Origin: Camelus dromedarius
Lineage: Eukaryota
Direction of reading: 5' to 3'
DNA length: 64,000 nt
Assembly: GCF_036321535.1 (NCBI RefSeq)
Contig: NC_087436.1
Span: 122,762,001-122,826,000, forward strand
The notes beneath the pieces were generated by a model. It made no database searches, was not told the DNA's origin, and saw only the letters and a list, made by a program, of their open reading frames with translations. A program made the translations under genes and the position numbers. Below are positions 13,841-25,895 of this stretch, in pieces. Numbering within the stretch: position 1 is the first letter of the stretch; each line of letters begins with the position of its first letter.

Positions 13841-14784
13841 GACTTCATTAAGGAAAAAAAAGGCAATGACAGTAATCAGGTTGGGGTCTGTACCAGAAAA
13901 ACAAGTTCATCTGGGAGCGGGGGAGATTTTGGTGATTTCTTCCTTTCGAATTTGTGCATTTGTTGTCATGTCTGAGGTTTTATTAATAGGAAAATGTCAT
14001 CAAAGTATGCAACGTTTGTAATGTCTGTTGGCATCTTGGATGGCGGCCCAATCAGGTGGGGAGTGGACAGGGCAGGACGGGGCAGGTGGGGTCACCGGGT
14101 GACCAGGTGACCCAGCAGGTGGGTGGGGAGCTGGCCAGCCCTGGATACGCAGACCTGCACCAGGACACATCAGATACGAGAAAGATGTTTCCTGAAGTTC
14201 AGTTCTGGAGATAAATCCTTTTGAAAAATGATGGGAGGGAAAAAGTGAAGGCTTTCTCTTCCAGTCAGGACAGATGACAAGACTTGCAGTGTTTTGCTGT
14301 GGGGCCCAGGACAGGGAGAGTCAGCTCAGGGTGGGAGGCCTGGGCCCCTCGAGGCCCCAGGTCGAAGATCTGCCCCTTCCCAAGCCTGGCTTCCCAGCAT
14401 CGCGTCCTGCTGCAGAGCCACCGGGCGTGCGTTCTGCCTTCCTTTGGGTGCAGCAGCCTGCTAGTGCCTCTGGTTCTAGGGGGTCCAGCAGGGCTGCTCC
14501 CTTGGCCCTTTCTTGGCTGGACCCTGCACACACCCGGCAGCCCTGGGGCCCCCTCAGTGACTAGTGGTGTGGGACACGCTACCGCCGGAACACAAAGAGG
14601 CCTCTTCGTTCTTAGGGTGGAAGGTGCAAGACACAACGTTTGTCCTTCAGCCTGAAGGGGACTGCCCTCCCTAATGTGGCGGCCCCCAGGCTCTGCGGGT
14701 CTGTGTGCATTCTCTGAAGCTCGTGTTTCTCACCGAGGCCCCAGAGTCACCGCCATCGCTTCCTCGCCCTCATCACCTGCTGGG

Positions 14785-15176
14785 CGTTGGGCTGCGTCCT
14801 CCCAAAGTCCTCCCAAACTCGCACGCTGGCGTCTTCACACCAAGTAGCTAGTGACGCGCCCTTATTTGGAAACAGAGTCTCCACAGATCAGGTTGCGCTG
14901 AGGCCATCGGGCTGGCGCAGCGTGGCAGGCGTCCTCATCAGGGAGGCTCAGACACAGGTGCGCGTGGGGGCAGGCCCGCGACGGTGAAGGCTGAGGAGGG
15001 GCGACGCATCCGCGAGCCGAGGAACCCCAAGGCTGCGGCAAGCCCAGCCCCTGGGGGCAGCCCCCGGGGAGGGCCACCCTGCCGCCCCTGGCTCTCGGAC
15101 TTCTGGTCTCCACAACTGTCGGCCAAGCCACTCTGTGTGGTGCTTCGTCACAGCAGCCCTGGGGACCTAGCTAACA
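14785..15176 (+). mobile_element. MaLR LTR (MLT1-type), unusually GC/CpG-rich
   Basis: ccttatttggaaacagagtc...ggacttctggtctccacaactg...cacagcagccctgggga. Confidence 0.7.
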
Positions 15177-16925
15177 TGTCGTCCGTCCAGGACCAGCGTG
15201 CTGTCCTGCGGAGTGTCCAGCTTGTCCGGCAGAGGGCAGGGAGTTAACCTGGCCCCAGGTGAGGGCTCCGTGGTCCTAACAGGGAGGCTCGCTGGCTGCA
15301 CCGAGTCACGTCAGTGACACACACACCACAGCCTGCTGCTCAGTAAGGCCCAGAGTCAGTTCACGGTCAGCCTGCAGGACCCGCAGCTTTGTCAGGCTGA
15401 GACCAGGGGCCAAATGGTGCGTGATGGGGCCGCCGCCCAAGCTGGCCACGCCTCCCCCGCCCTTCCCCTCGCCGGGGCTGCCCGCCTGGAGGTGGGCGTT
15501 TGTGTCTTCCTCTTCCTTCTTGCCACCCAGGCCACAGAGCCACTGTGGGGCCTGCCAGCCGCCACTCAGAGGATCCGGGACCCAGGGGTCACCCAGCCCC
15601 ACAGGCCCTCGCTCTCAGGGCCCCAAGGATGCGCAGGTCCCGGGTGCTGATGCAGACAGATGGACGTGGCCTCCCAAGGCTGTCGTTGCCCATTCCCGGA
15701 GTCAGTGCTGGAGCTGACATGCACCCCTGCGGGGACGTCCAGGTGCTTTCTGAGTCAGTGCGTCCCCATGCATTCCAGAGCAGGTCTTGTTCCTGGGGCA
15801 AGCGCTCAGCGCCCCGAGGACCCCGGGACATCGGTCGGATGTCCACCTTCCTCTCCTGTGGCTCTGACACTTAGGGCCCTGTCACCCTCAGCACTCTCAG
15901 GAAACGGCTGCACTGTCGCCGGCACCTCCCTGGGCCTCTGAGGGCTTCGGGTCGTTGTGAGGCCACAGGTGCCACAGTCCTCCTTGGGGTGGGGAGGGCC
16001 TGTGTTCTTCTGTCCCAGTGTCGGGCAGGAGCAGGCAGGACAGGCTGTCACAGAGGCCGTTTACGAGGCTGATGGTAGAGGAGACATGTGGGCTATGAGC
16101 CCCGGGCAGGAGCAGGGCACCAGGCCACTGACCCCTCGGGCCCCTGGTTAGCCCTCCCAGGAAGGGAAGGAGCTGGGCAGAGAGGCCAGGCGGGGGAAAC
16201 ATCAGGCCTCAGCTCATTGGGATCCACACCCCACCTTAGCTGCTGCCCACAGCGCCCCAGCGTCCTACTCATCACCGATTCTCAGCTCTGCCTCTTGGAA
16301 GCAGCCCCTTCCCTCCACGTCCGCCAGCACCCTCCGGTCTCCCAGTTCTCACCTGAATCCTGCTCTGCCTTGCTCTGTCCACCCAGCCCCGCTCCTCCAC
16401 TTAGAGCAGCCAGAGCAAGTCTGCCCCCAGTCCCATAGGGCTTCCGTGGCTCTGAGCGCGCGGCCTGCCGTCTGCGCCCCCTCTCCCAGTGCCCCCACCC
16501 AGCAGCAGAGAGCACAGCTCACGCCTCTGTTCCCTCCCCCATGATCGCTCATCAAAGGCCTGTGTCACGCAGGACCCTGGGGTGGAGGGGCACTGCCGCC
16601 ATGGCTGGAGGTCAGAGCCAGAACGTCAGGTGCAAACCCAAGTTTTGCCACAAACTGGCTGTCTCAGGGTGGAAGTGGTCTTTGGAGAAACAGCGGAGCA
16701 GAACTTCCACCTGGTTTCTTTCCATCTGAAGGCACCCAGCTCGGTGCTGGCTTTGGGTGCTGGCGGGTCTGGCAGGGTGTCACAGTGCTGGCTCTCCATA
16801 GTTCAGAGCCGCAGAGGCACCTGCCTGGTGGACACGAGCCCACTGAATGGTGTGAGGACTCTGTGCACTGTGGTCCCCGGGGCCACCATCACTCGCGGAC
16901 ACTTGTTTTGCATTCCAACACACTA

Positions 16926-18619
16926 TTTATTGAGACTTCACATACATGTGAAGCTACCCTTCCATGCCCCCACCCCCCCACCTGCCTAGGAAGGAGTTCC
17001 CAGCACAAAAGGTTCCAAAGAAGCTTCGCTGGGAGGAAACACACGAGTCCCTGCAGTCTAAGATGACGCCCTCCAGCTCAAGGACCTCCTGCTGCCACCA
17101 CACCTCCCCCCCAGACTGACAGCACCTCTCCTGCAGCCCGTGGGGCTCAGCCAAGGACTCCTCTGTGCTCAGGGCGGGGGCTCCCTGGGACGTGCCCGCG
17201 CCCCTCCCCGCCGCCGCGCCCCGTGGCGCCTGCCCTGCTGGCAAGCTCTCTAGGGGGCGCCCCTCCTCTGAGGAGTGAACAAGTGGGTTTCTCCACGTTT
17301 GCTTTTCGTACAATTCCTCTAGTTCAGACATTGTCTTGTGGAGATTTTTCTCACGTTCCTGCTTGTGTTCACAGCCGTCTCCGTGAGGTTCAGCTTTCTG
17401 TGAGATTCGGCCAAAGGCGTCCCCAGGCGCATCACCTCCGCCCACAGCTCTTTCGGCTTCTCTAGGCATAAGGTGCAGCATCCCTTCCCCTCCGCAAGAG
17501 AACTCCCCAGAGGAAAAGGACTCCTCAGGCGGAACGCAACCAGGACGTCAGGCGGAACGTGGTCCCAGGCCGGGGGCCCGCCAGCGCCTCAGCCCAGTGA
17601 CCCATCGGGAGGAGGACTGGGCACCGAAGTGCTGGCGTTCGAGCGCTTGCCCTTCACCAAGGCCGCGGTCGCCTCCTCAGACAGCCATTGCCGCCGCCAC
17701 CCCGGCCGCAGCAATGGAGGATGGACTCTGGCCTGGGCTGGTGGCCTCGCATCTCTCACGTCTGGGTCTGGGTCAGGACGCCCCACGTCTCTGGATCCAG
17801 GTCGCTCTTGCTGCCCCGTTTCCTGGCCTCCCATCTGTCTGTCTGTAGGGCGGGCCAGGCTGCTGGTACAAGTTCTTCCCTTGGTGGTGGTTGGGGCTGG
17901 GAGTCAGGGAGGGAGCCAGGGCCAAGGTTGCCAGGAGGCGATCTGAGGTTTCTGGGGCCCCTCTCCTCACCCTCTGCAGTCTCTGGGCTCAGATGCCCGG
18001 AGGGCAGCGTGGGGACAGCACACATGAGGACTGACACGAGGTTTTCCTCTTCCACCAGGTAGCAGCCTCTTCCTGCCAGCTGACCTGGGCCTGGCAGAGG
18101 TGCCGACGGCCACAGGCAGAAGAGGACTCTGGGAACAGCCAGGGGAGGCTTGGGGCCAGATACCCACTGTGTACTTGGAGGGGGTCCTGGGGAGTGTGGC
18201 ATGTGGGTCAGCGGCTGCCCTCTGTTCATCTCAGTGTCGAGAGCACTTGGCTGGCCAGTGAGAAGCTTGGTTGGGACACCAGAGGCCTGGGACGGGTGCT
18301 CCCTGGACGGGCGAGGGTCCGCTGTGCTCTTGTTCTTGGAGCCCAATCCCCCGCCACAGGGCTGGAACCAGAGGGAGAGGAGTCGGGCCAGCCCTCACGG
18401 GTGCAGAAGGCACTGGGTGTGGGTGCATGGACTCGACAGCCCGCAGACGGGCGCGAAGGTGGATGCCAGCACGAAAGTGGAGTGCGCAGTGAGGGGCCCG
18501 GAGCAAGAAGAATGGGCACGGAGTGCATCAGAGGTGGGCGCAGAGAAGGCAGTAGAGAAGGCGGTAGAGAAGGCGGTGGAGAAGGCGGCAACAAGGAGCA
18601 AAAGCACCAGAAAGGCCAT
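16926..18619 (-). pseudogene. Decayed intronless TANGO1/MIA3 (or cTAGE/MIA2)-like retrocopy
   Basis: Kozak ATG at 18619 followed by MAFLVLLLLVAAFS; broken frames give AWDHV...GVLFLWGVLL, coiled-coil LEKPKELWAEVMRL...EHKQEREKNL and LSTEESLAEPHGLQE...QQEV, in the same order as in TANGO1 as recalled; AATAAA at 16931-16926; several stops and frameshifts. Confidence 0.5.
18543..18590. repeat. 12-bp tandem repeat (GAGAAGGCGGTA)x4
   Basis: Read directly; encodes (EKAV)n on + and (TAFS)n on -. Confidence 0.85.
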
Positions 18620-18743
18620 CTCTGCTCTGGCTGACCTCGGCAGTGGCACCAGCTCTCATAACCGCCAGTGGTGCGTCACAACGCCTCCCTGTGACCCCTC
18701 AGCCCCTCTGGCCAATCGCCAGGTGGCTCTCACCATGTCCCTC

Positions 18744-19264
18744 TGTAACAGAAAAGAACAGATCTGACTCCATGTTAGATCTGTTCTTATGGCTTTAACC
18801 CTGTGCCCTGATTCCTGGACTGAGTCTTGCTAGCTCTGCACCTTTTGTACAAGAATGTAGACTTTAGCCTGAAGTAGACAGGAGATCCCATCCTCAAGGC
18901 TCTGACCTTTAAGGATATTAACACTTTTGCAGTCATATAAAGATAACAAGTTGGAGAATAGAAAATAACGTTTGTCTTGTTGGAGGTTTACAGGGGCACC
19001 ATCTTCTGACCCACGTGGACAGCTGCAAGAATGAATAATTCCTTCACCAAGAAGTTTGCAACAACCTACCACACCCCCTCCCCTCTTTAGTGTGAAAGGA
19101 GCCCAAATTCTGACTTGGGGAAGATGGGTCTCCAGGACATTAGTCTGCCATCTTCTCGGTCTGCTGGCTTTCCAAATAAAGTCGCTATTCTTTGCCCCAA
19201 CACCTCGTCTCCCAATTTATTGGCCTGTCGTGGGGTGAGCAGAATGAGTTTGGACTCGGTAACA
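18744..19264 (+). mobile_element. Solo ERV1-class LTR with 4-bp TSD
   Basis: TGTAAC...GGTAACA termini; TSD CCTC at 18740-18743 and 19265-19268; AATAAA near 19175. Confidence 0.9.
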
Positions 19265-20599
19265 CCTCCTGACGTTCCTCCTGGAGGCCCTGCCTCCTCC
19301 CCTGGTGGGCGGACTGGTGCCCAGGGACTGTTGCGATGGGGCAGAGCCTTCATCTCAGAGCTGGAGCAGTCGGGGGTAGGGACGGTGGATGTGAGAGCCT
19401 GTAGGGGCGGGCTAGCCATCACAGTGGCGAGGGTCCTCACACCGCGCTCTGGCCTAAGCTCCTCCCAGGGTTGCCATGGTGACCCGAGCATGCCAGGGTC
19501 CTGACGCCACTCTGCCTCCCTGGGTCCCTCAGCCTCTGCTGGGCGGTTGGGAGTTCTGGCCTCGGAGAAGGGTGATGCAGCGCAGAGTGGGTGGGCAGCA
19601 GGGGCAGGGGGCTCAGACGGGGGAGGCGAGACACCAGGAGGGGGAAGGCCCTCCCCTCGTGGTCCAGGGAAGGGCACCTCCTGGACAGAACCTCACCCGC
19701 CTGCCGCGCAGCGGCCTGCCCCTCCTCCGTCGTCGTGCCTGTGGTTGAAGACTTCAGCCCTACTTGCTGCTGGCACCCCGACACCCCCGCCTCTACTCTC
19801 AGCAAATTCTACACCTACAAAGGCGGTGTTCTCTACCCGGACCACACATTCCATCCAGAAAGCCCCTGGGGTAAGAGCGACGTTGCCACAAATGAACAGC
19901 CACATCGTTGGCGGACTTCTCGGCGACACTGGCTGTGGCCAGGGGCAGCATCTCCAAGGACCAAGGGAAGCGAACACGCAGCAACCGTTCCATCTGGAGC
20001 CAAATGGTCATCTGAGAGTGACCGGGAGATAACTCATCTCCTGACACACAAGGACTCCAAGAGTTTACACTCATGCTGTCTGAGAGAATTGTTCAAGGGT
20101 GCACTCAGCAAGAAGAAAACCAAATCTGGGCTACAAGGAACCACGTGAGCAAAGAACTTACTAAACTTTATAGTTGAGTTGAAGGGTGCACTAGTGAGCT
20201 GGATGGTTTTTAAAATACGGTTTTTAAACGAGTGTCTGTAACTTTGATGATAACGATTTTGATTTTAATGATGATCGTAGTGGTGGGGGGATCAACACAG
20301 AAGGGGCACGTGAGCAAAGTCGTGATATCAACACAGCCGGGGCACATGAGCAAAGTCGTGGGGGTGGCCTCTCTTCAGCACAGAAAGAGCCCCGGAGCAC
20401 TGTGTCCCATTCAAAGTCCTGTGGAGGTGAGGCTCACCGTGACTGAGTCACCTGGCCAGGACTCGCCCTGAGATTTCTCCACACCCAGCGGCACTGGCCG
20501 GGGACTTAGAGTCATCTCTGCCAGCTCTGATGGAGAGCTCTGGGGTAAGATGGGGGAGCTGGGGGTCAAGGAGGGTGTCCGACATATCTGACCCCAACC

Positions 20600-21038
20600 A
20601 GGTGCTGGGGATTGAACTGTGCCCCCAATAAGATGTGTTGACATTCTCTTCTCCAGGACCTCAGTAAGAGACCTTAATCGGAGATAAGGTTGTTGCAGAT
20701 AAAATTAGTTAAGACGCAGTCACACTTGAATGGGGTAGGCCCTTAAGCCAACATGACCGGTGTCCTTATATGAAGATGAGAGAGAAGAGGGAGGACACCC
20801 TGTGACAGTGGAGGCAGGCGCGGAGTCTGCAGCTTCAAGCCCAGGAAAGCCCTAGGCCATCTGAAGCTGGAAGAGGCAGGAAGGAGCCTCCCCTCCAGCT
20901 TCCAGCGTGAGTGCGGCCCTGCAGATTACCTCCATCTCAGGCTCTGTCCTCCACAGCTGGAAGGCAGTCAGCCTCTTTTGTCTTAAGCCACCCAGTTGGT
21001 GGGCACTTTGTTCCAGCAGCACTAGAGCTACCAAAGCA
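20600..21038 (+). mobile_element. MaLR LTR (MLT1-type)
   Basis: ttgcagataaaattagttaag...ggtgtccttat...gaagctggaagaggcaggaagga...ttaagccacccagtt. Confidence 0.85.
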
Positions 21039-22183
21039 AACTTGGGCCCGCTTGCCTGTGTGTAGTAAAGCCAGTCTGCCGACACCAGGTGCTGGGGAAG
21101 GAAAGTGCAGCATTTACTGCAGGCACCTGACATGGGGCTGAGCAAGGCGAACCGGCAGCTCGTGCTCAGAAGACCCTGACTTCAGGGAAGGGGTGTAAGG
21201 GCAAGGTGAGGGGTGGGGGTTGCAGGGCCCAGATCAGCTCATGCACAGGCCTCTGACTGGCAGTGGTGATGTTGCAGAAAAGCGTGTGACAGCTTGGTGT
21301 TACAGCTTGGTTGTGACAGCAACCTGGATCCGGGCAAGAGACCAAGCAGCACTCGGAGAGTTGGAGAATTCAGGTTTGTTATGCCAGCGAGCCCAGGGGA
21401 GTTAACATTCCAAGCTCTGGACCCCATCTGTAGGTTTACACAGGCTTTTATAGGCTATCAGTTTATACTTTGCAACATTTTGTAACATCATATGCAAATA
21501 AGGTATAATAAAGGTGACTAATTAGGAAGAAGCTTTGTAGAAATGGACCAATCAGGAGTGAGAGAAATAACCAATCAGGAGTGAGCTCCATGCAAATGAA
21601 GCACTACAAATGGACCAATCAGGAGTTAGCTCAGGGAACCAATAGAATTTTAGGGGTAAGTTCCACTTTCCTAGAAGTAAGCCGGTTCAGAGGCAAAAAG
21701 TGAGATAAAGCCCTTGGGCCAGGGAACCAGATGGTGCTGGCAGGAGAGTAGTGGCCCTGCTTGGGGGTCCTGCCAGTCTTTTTTTATGGGGCTTCCCACC
21801 TCAGTGAGGTTACAGGGTGATGTCTCGGGAATCTCAGCAATCAGTTGTCTGGCTCCAGCAGGTCTGGGGTCTACCTGCTGGTCGGTGTGGAGTTAACTTC
21901 TTCCACCTGGCAGGGGTTTCAGTTCCTGCAAAACAACTCAAGGATGTGGCTCCGAACATGATTGAGAAGCCACTGAGGAGGAACTAAGGGTATTTGACTG
22001 TTCCATGTCTAAACTTACTATTTTGTCTTGCTTGACTATTTTCCTTTGTTTCTGCATTTTATCAATTCTCTGATTAAATCTGCTCTTTGGCACTCAAGGA
22101 AGGCCTAGGTGGCTAAACATTTTCTACAAATGAGAGGCGGGGGACACCCCTGGGAAGACCCCCCAGGGTCCTGCTTGGTCACA
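21039..22183 (-). mobile_element. Older ERV1 (MER34-like) LTR split by a younger LTR
   Basis: Halves 21039-21269 and 21804-22183 rejoin as ctgactggcagtggtga|ggttacagggtg; ends ...gggtcctgcttggtcaca. Confidence 0.7.
21270..21803 (-). mobile_element. Young solo LTR nested in the older LTR, 4-bp TSD
   Basis: Minus strand reads TGAGGTGGG...TGCAACA; TSD GTGA at 21266-21269 and 21804-21807; TATAAAA at 21452-21446. Confidence 0.88.
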
Positions 22184-22784
22184 CTTAGGAAACAAAGACA
22201 TGAGGTGAAGGTGGTTTTCTCTCAAGAGTCTGGAATCACAGAAATGTTATGAAATAACATCTCTCACGGAGAAAGAGGGGCTTCCGTGGGAGCTGGCTGT
22301 CGAGTGACCAGCAGTCCTTTCCTGGTAACATGTTCTGTGCTTGTAGCTCCCAAGCCCTGTTCAAGTTCTCAAATCTGCCTGAATAGTATTGTCTTTAATA
22401 AACACAATCTTACGATAACAACTGAAGAAATACAGAAAAGTATGACAGCTGTAAAATCAGCAAACCATCCACCGTCCTGCCACCAGTAACCCACCAGGCT
22501 GCGTGGCCGCCGCCCTTTTGGAAGTGGCTCTGAGCACGTGTTCAGGGCGGGAGTGATGCTGAGGGCGGAAGAGCAGAGAAGGGAGGGTGGGTCAGAGTGG
22601 ACACCGTCCCATCATGACACAGTAGTGTGCTGGGTGCCGCTGGAACCACGATCATTTCATTTTTTCCACAACTTGAACAGAAAAAAAGAAGCGAAAAAAA
22701 AAGTGAAATGGGAAGGACCAATGAAAGTCAGGTGTGTGTTTCTGACTGCCAGAGATGTGTGTTTCTAAAAGTCCCTCCAAACTA

Positions 22785-23210
22785 AGAAACACGATTATGA
22801 AAGCAGTCACAAGTTAGTGGCTCTCTCAGCAGCCTCCGAGGGGCCCTGCAAAACACCGCACGCAGGGCTCCTTCTCTCGTCCTGGAGCCGGAAGCCAGAG
22901 GCCAAGGGAGCCACACTCCCTGGGTGGCTCGAGGGACAGTCCTTCCTGCCTCATCCAGCTCCTGGTGTGGCCAGCAGCCGCGTTGCTCCCCCACCGCCGC
23001 CTCCATCCCCACGTGGCCTCCTCTGTGTGTCTCTGTCCAGCTCTCCTTTCTTATGAGGACACCTGTCATGTCAGGGCAGGGCCACCTGACCACCTAATTT
23101 TAGTGACGGCGTCCGCAGGGACCCTGTTTCCCAGCAAGGCCGCGTGCGTGCAGAGGAGGGGAGCTGGGACTCGAGCATATCTTCTGGGGGGACGCACACC
23201 AACTCATCAA
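22785..23210 (-). mobile_element. MaLR LTR (MLT1-type)
   Basis: gggacagtccttcctgcctcatccagctcctggtg...cttatgaggacacctgtcat...accctgtttcccagcaagg. Confidence 0.7.
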
Positions 23211-23234
23211 AGTCTGTCTGGGTTTTCTTTTCTT

Positions 23235-23365
23235 AATTTTTCTTTTTTTATTGAAATACAGCTAGTTACAACATGTCAGTTCCTGGTGTCCAGCATGGTG
23301 TCCTGGTCATGCACATATACACACATACCATTTTCATAAAAGGTTACCACAAGATGTTGAGTAGT
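23235..23365 (-). mobile_element. Very short L1 3'-tail insertion
   Basis: ttttttattgaaatacagctagttacaac...ggttaccacaagatgttgag; same tail as at 3865 and 7042. Confidence 0.7.
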
Positions 23366-25721
23366 TCATCTGGGTCTGGGTTTTCTTAGAGACAGGTTTC
23401 TGCTGTGGATGGTTGGGAGCCCGAGTTACCTTCCATGTTGCCTGGAGCCCATGCATTCATGCTGCCCAGACCCTCCCTTCAATCTGTCCACCTCCCCTAG
23501 CCCCCTATCCATGTGGCTCACTGTTGCTTCTAACTTGCCAGCTCAGGGGCATCCATGGTCTGTGCTATAGCCACAACTTTCTGTATTTGTGGGTCTGGGC
23601 AAATCGCTGTCTGTTCTCCATGACTCCGGCCTCGGATCCAGGCCTGGGTGTCACGCAGCTGCTTGGCCGGGGGGAGAACCAGCCATCTGCCTCCAGCTGG
23701 GTCTGAGAGGTTCCCTGGGGTGCCGGTAGTGGGGGGGACCTGCCCTTGAGCATCACATTGGGCCAGGCTCCCAGAGGGGAGCCCCCACTTCAGGTGGCCA
23801 ACTGCCTGCAAACACCTCTAACGTCTGAAAGCCCATCTTTCCCTTCACAGACAGCCTTGGATCTCTGCTGAGCTGAGGACTTATCCTGCTGGAGGTGGCA
23901 GGAAGCTGTTGCCGTGGTGATGGTTCTCGCGTCCGCGTCTGACGTCCGCGTCTGACCTCCACCCTGCAGGCAGGGTCATCCGGGCGTTTGCTAAATTGTG
24001 TCTTCACAACTGTGTGCTGGGGTGCTCTGACACCCCAAACTCCTGCCATAGCTGGGGGAAGGGAGGGAAGGAGAAAGGGGGGTGGGAGGTGAGAACACAT
24101 GAAGATGATTTAAAAAAAAATCAAAATGGCATCCCTGTGGTTCAGGCACTGGAAGTGGAGCTGGGCGGCCCCTGTGGACAAGGTTTCAGACAGTCCCTGC
24201 GTCGCCGAGAACTTGAATCTTGTCTCACCTGGGTCAACCTTGAGGACACCACTGGCCCTTTCCAAAAGAGTATCTGTCAGCAGCTGCCACCTGCAGCCCT
24301 GTGGCTCCCAGGTCCCCGGCCCCGGCCCCAGGAGGGCCCACGCATGGGGCAGGGTGGGACCTGCAGGATGCGGGCAGGGCGTCAGGTGAGGGGACGGCAT
24401 TCAGCGCCCGGCCCTCCCGGCGGGTCCTGCCGGGTCACCCGGGGCTGCCCGCATCCTCCAGCAAGGGCCACAGCCTCTGTCAAGAGGGACTTCCCTCCGG
24501 CTGTGGGAGCACTTCGGCCCCCCACACATGTGTTCTTCATCTGTGCAAGCCCATTTATCTTTGAGAAACGATGAACAGTAGTAATCAGGCAGGTTATGCA
24601 GTGTAACCAAGAGCCCCAAATATCAAAGGCTTAAAACAAAAAGGATGTCTTTCTGATCACGCTTCTGCAGGCCCTCCCTGCTCTCCGGGGAGCCCTCCTG
24701 CACCTGTGGCCAGCACCCCAGTGTGTCGCGGTATCCGCGTGCTGGTCAGCCTGGTTGTGTAACTGACAAATCAGTGACTTAACCCAGATCTCAGTGCATG
24801 GTTCTGACAGCCCCTGTGGGCAGGAGGTGGCCCAGCTGAGCTGAGCTCTCAGCTTCAGGTGCCCCAGGACCCTGGGGTGGGGTCAGCCGGCTGGGTCTCC
24901 TCTGAGGCTCGGCCAGGAAGTGTCCACCCCACACTGTCTTGTGGCCACCGGCATTTAGACTGAGGCCTCCATTTCCTGCTGGCTGTCAGATGCAGGCCAC
25001 CGCCAGCACCTCCCCCTGGACAGTCCCTGAACCAGCAGGGACAGAGTCACTGGGCAAGGTGGGTGTTGCAAGCTCAAGTGTCACCTTTGTGGACGTGACC
25101 TCCCACCAGGTCTGCCCTGTGCAGCTGGTGAAAACGTCCAGGGAGAGGGAACCTCACGAGGGCAGGAAGCTCAGGAGGTGGGGGGAGGGCATCCTGGGGA
25201 CTGTTGGCCAGGAAGCAGCCCCACCACGTTAAATGGCCCCAGGACTCCGCTGGTGGGGGAGAGAGCAGGGGCTGGAAAGGGAGCCATCTGCGGGTGGCTT
25301 CTGCTCCAGACAGTCCTGGCTGCTGTATCTTTTTTCAAAAGATCACGTTTTCTAATTGTCCTAACATTTGAGTTTAAAGATATCTTATTAGTTCTAATGT
25401 TAGTCTGCAGACTTTAAATTTTCTGGGTAGATTTCACGTAACCTACAATTATAGTTTTGCTACTTTCTTTCAAGCTTTTTTGTTTGTTTGTTTGCTTGTT
25501 ATTTTGATCTGTTTTTGTTTTTGATTCTTAGATCTTATGATCCAGTAATTGACAAATTTGTGCTGAGAGGATAGCTTCATTTCAGTCCTTCTAATGAGTT
25601 GGTAAAAGCACCCTTACCAACCACACGTCTCCAGTAGCTCTACGGCTGTGTTTTGAATACCTGCTTGAGACGTGAACCTGGATTATAACTTAGTCTGCCT
25701 TTGCAAAGACTTCACAAGCAA

Positions 25722-25895
25722 CAGGGAATGATACTCAGTATCTTGTAGTAACCTAGAATGAAAAAGAATATGAAAGAAATATACGTACGTATATGTCTGA
25801 CTGAAACATTAGGCTGTGCACCAGAAATTGATACACCATTGTAAACTGACTATACTTTAATTCAAAAAAAAGAGAGAAAAAAGAAAGAAAGAAAA
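25722..25895 (+). mobile_element. Short L1 3'-tail insertion with TSD
   Basis: AAAGACTTCACAAGCAA (25705-25721) and AAAGAATTCACCAGCAA (25896-25912) flank an L1 tail ending in an (AAAG)-rich polyA. Confidence 0.85.

Noticed and set aside
14088..14112. GGTCA-CCGGG-TGACC inverted repeat resembling an estrogen response element
   Set aside because: The spacer is 5 nt rather than 3, and it is a single instance in GC-rich DNA.
19591..20148. 185-aa plus-strand ORF with protein-like composition
   Set aside because: Non-ATG start, and no recognisable family or splice structure; it cannot be supported without a search.
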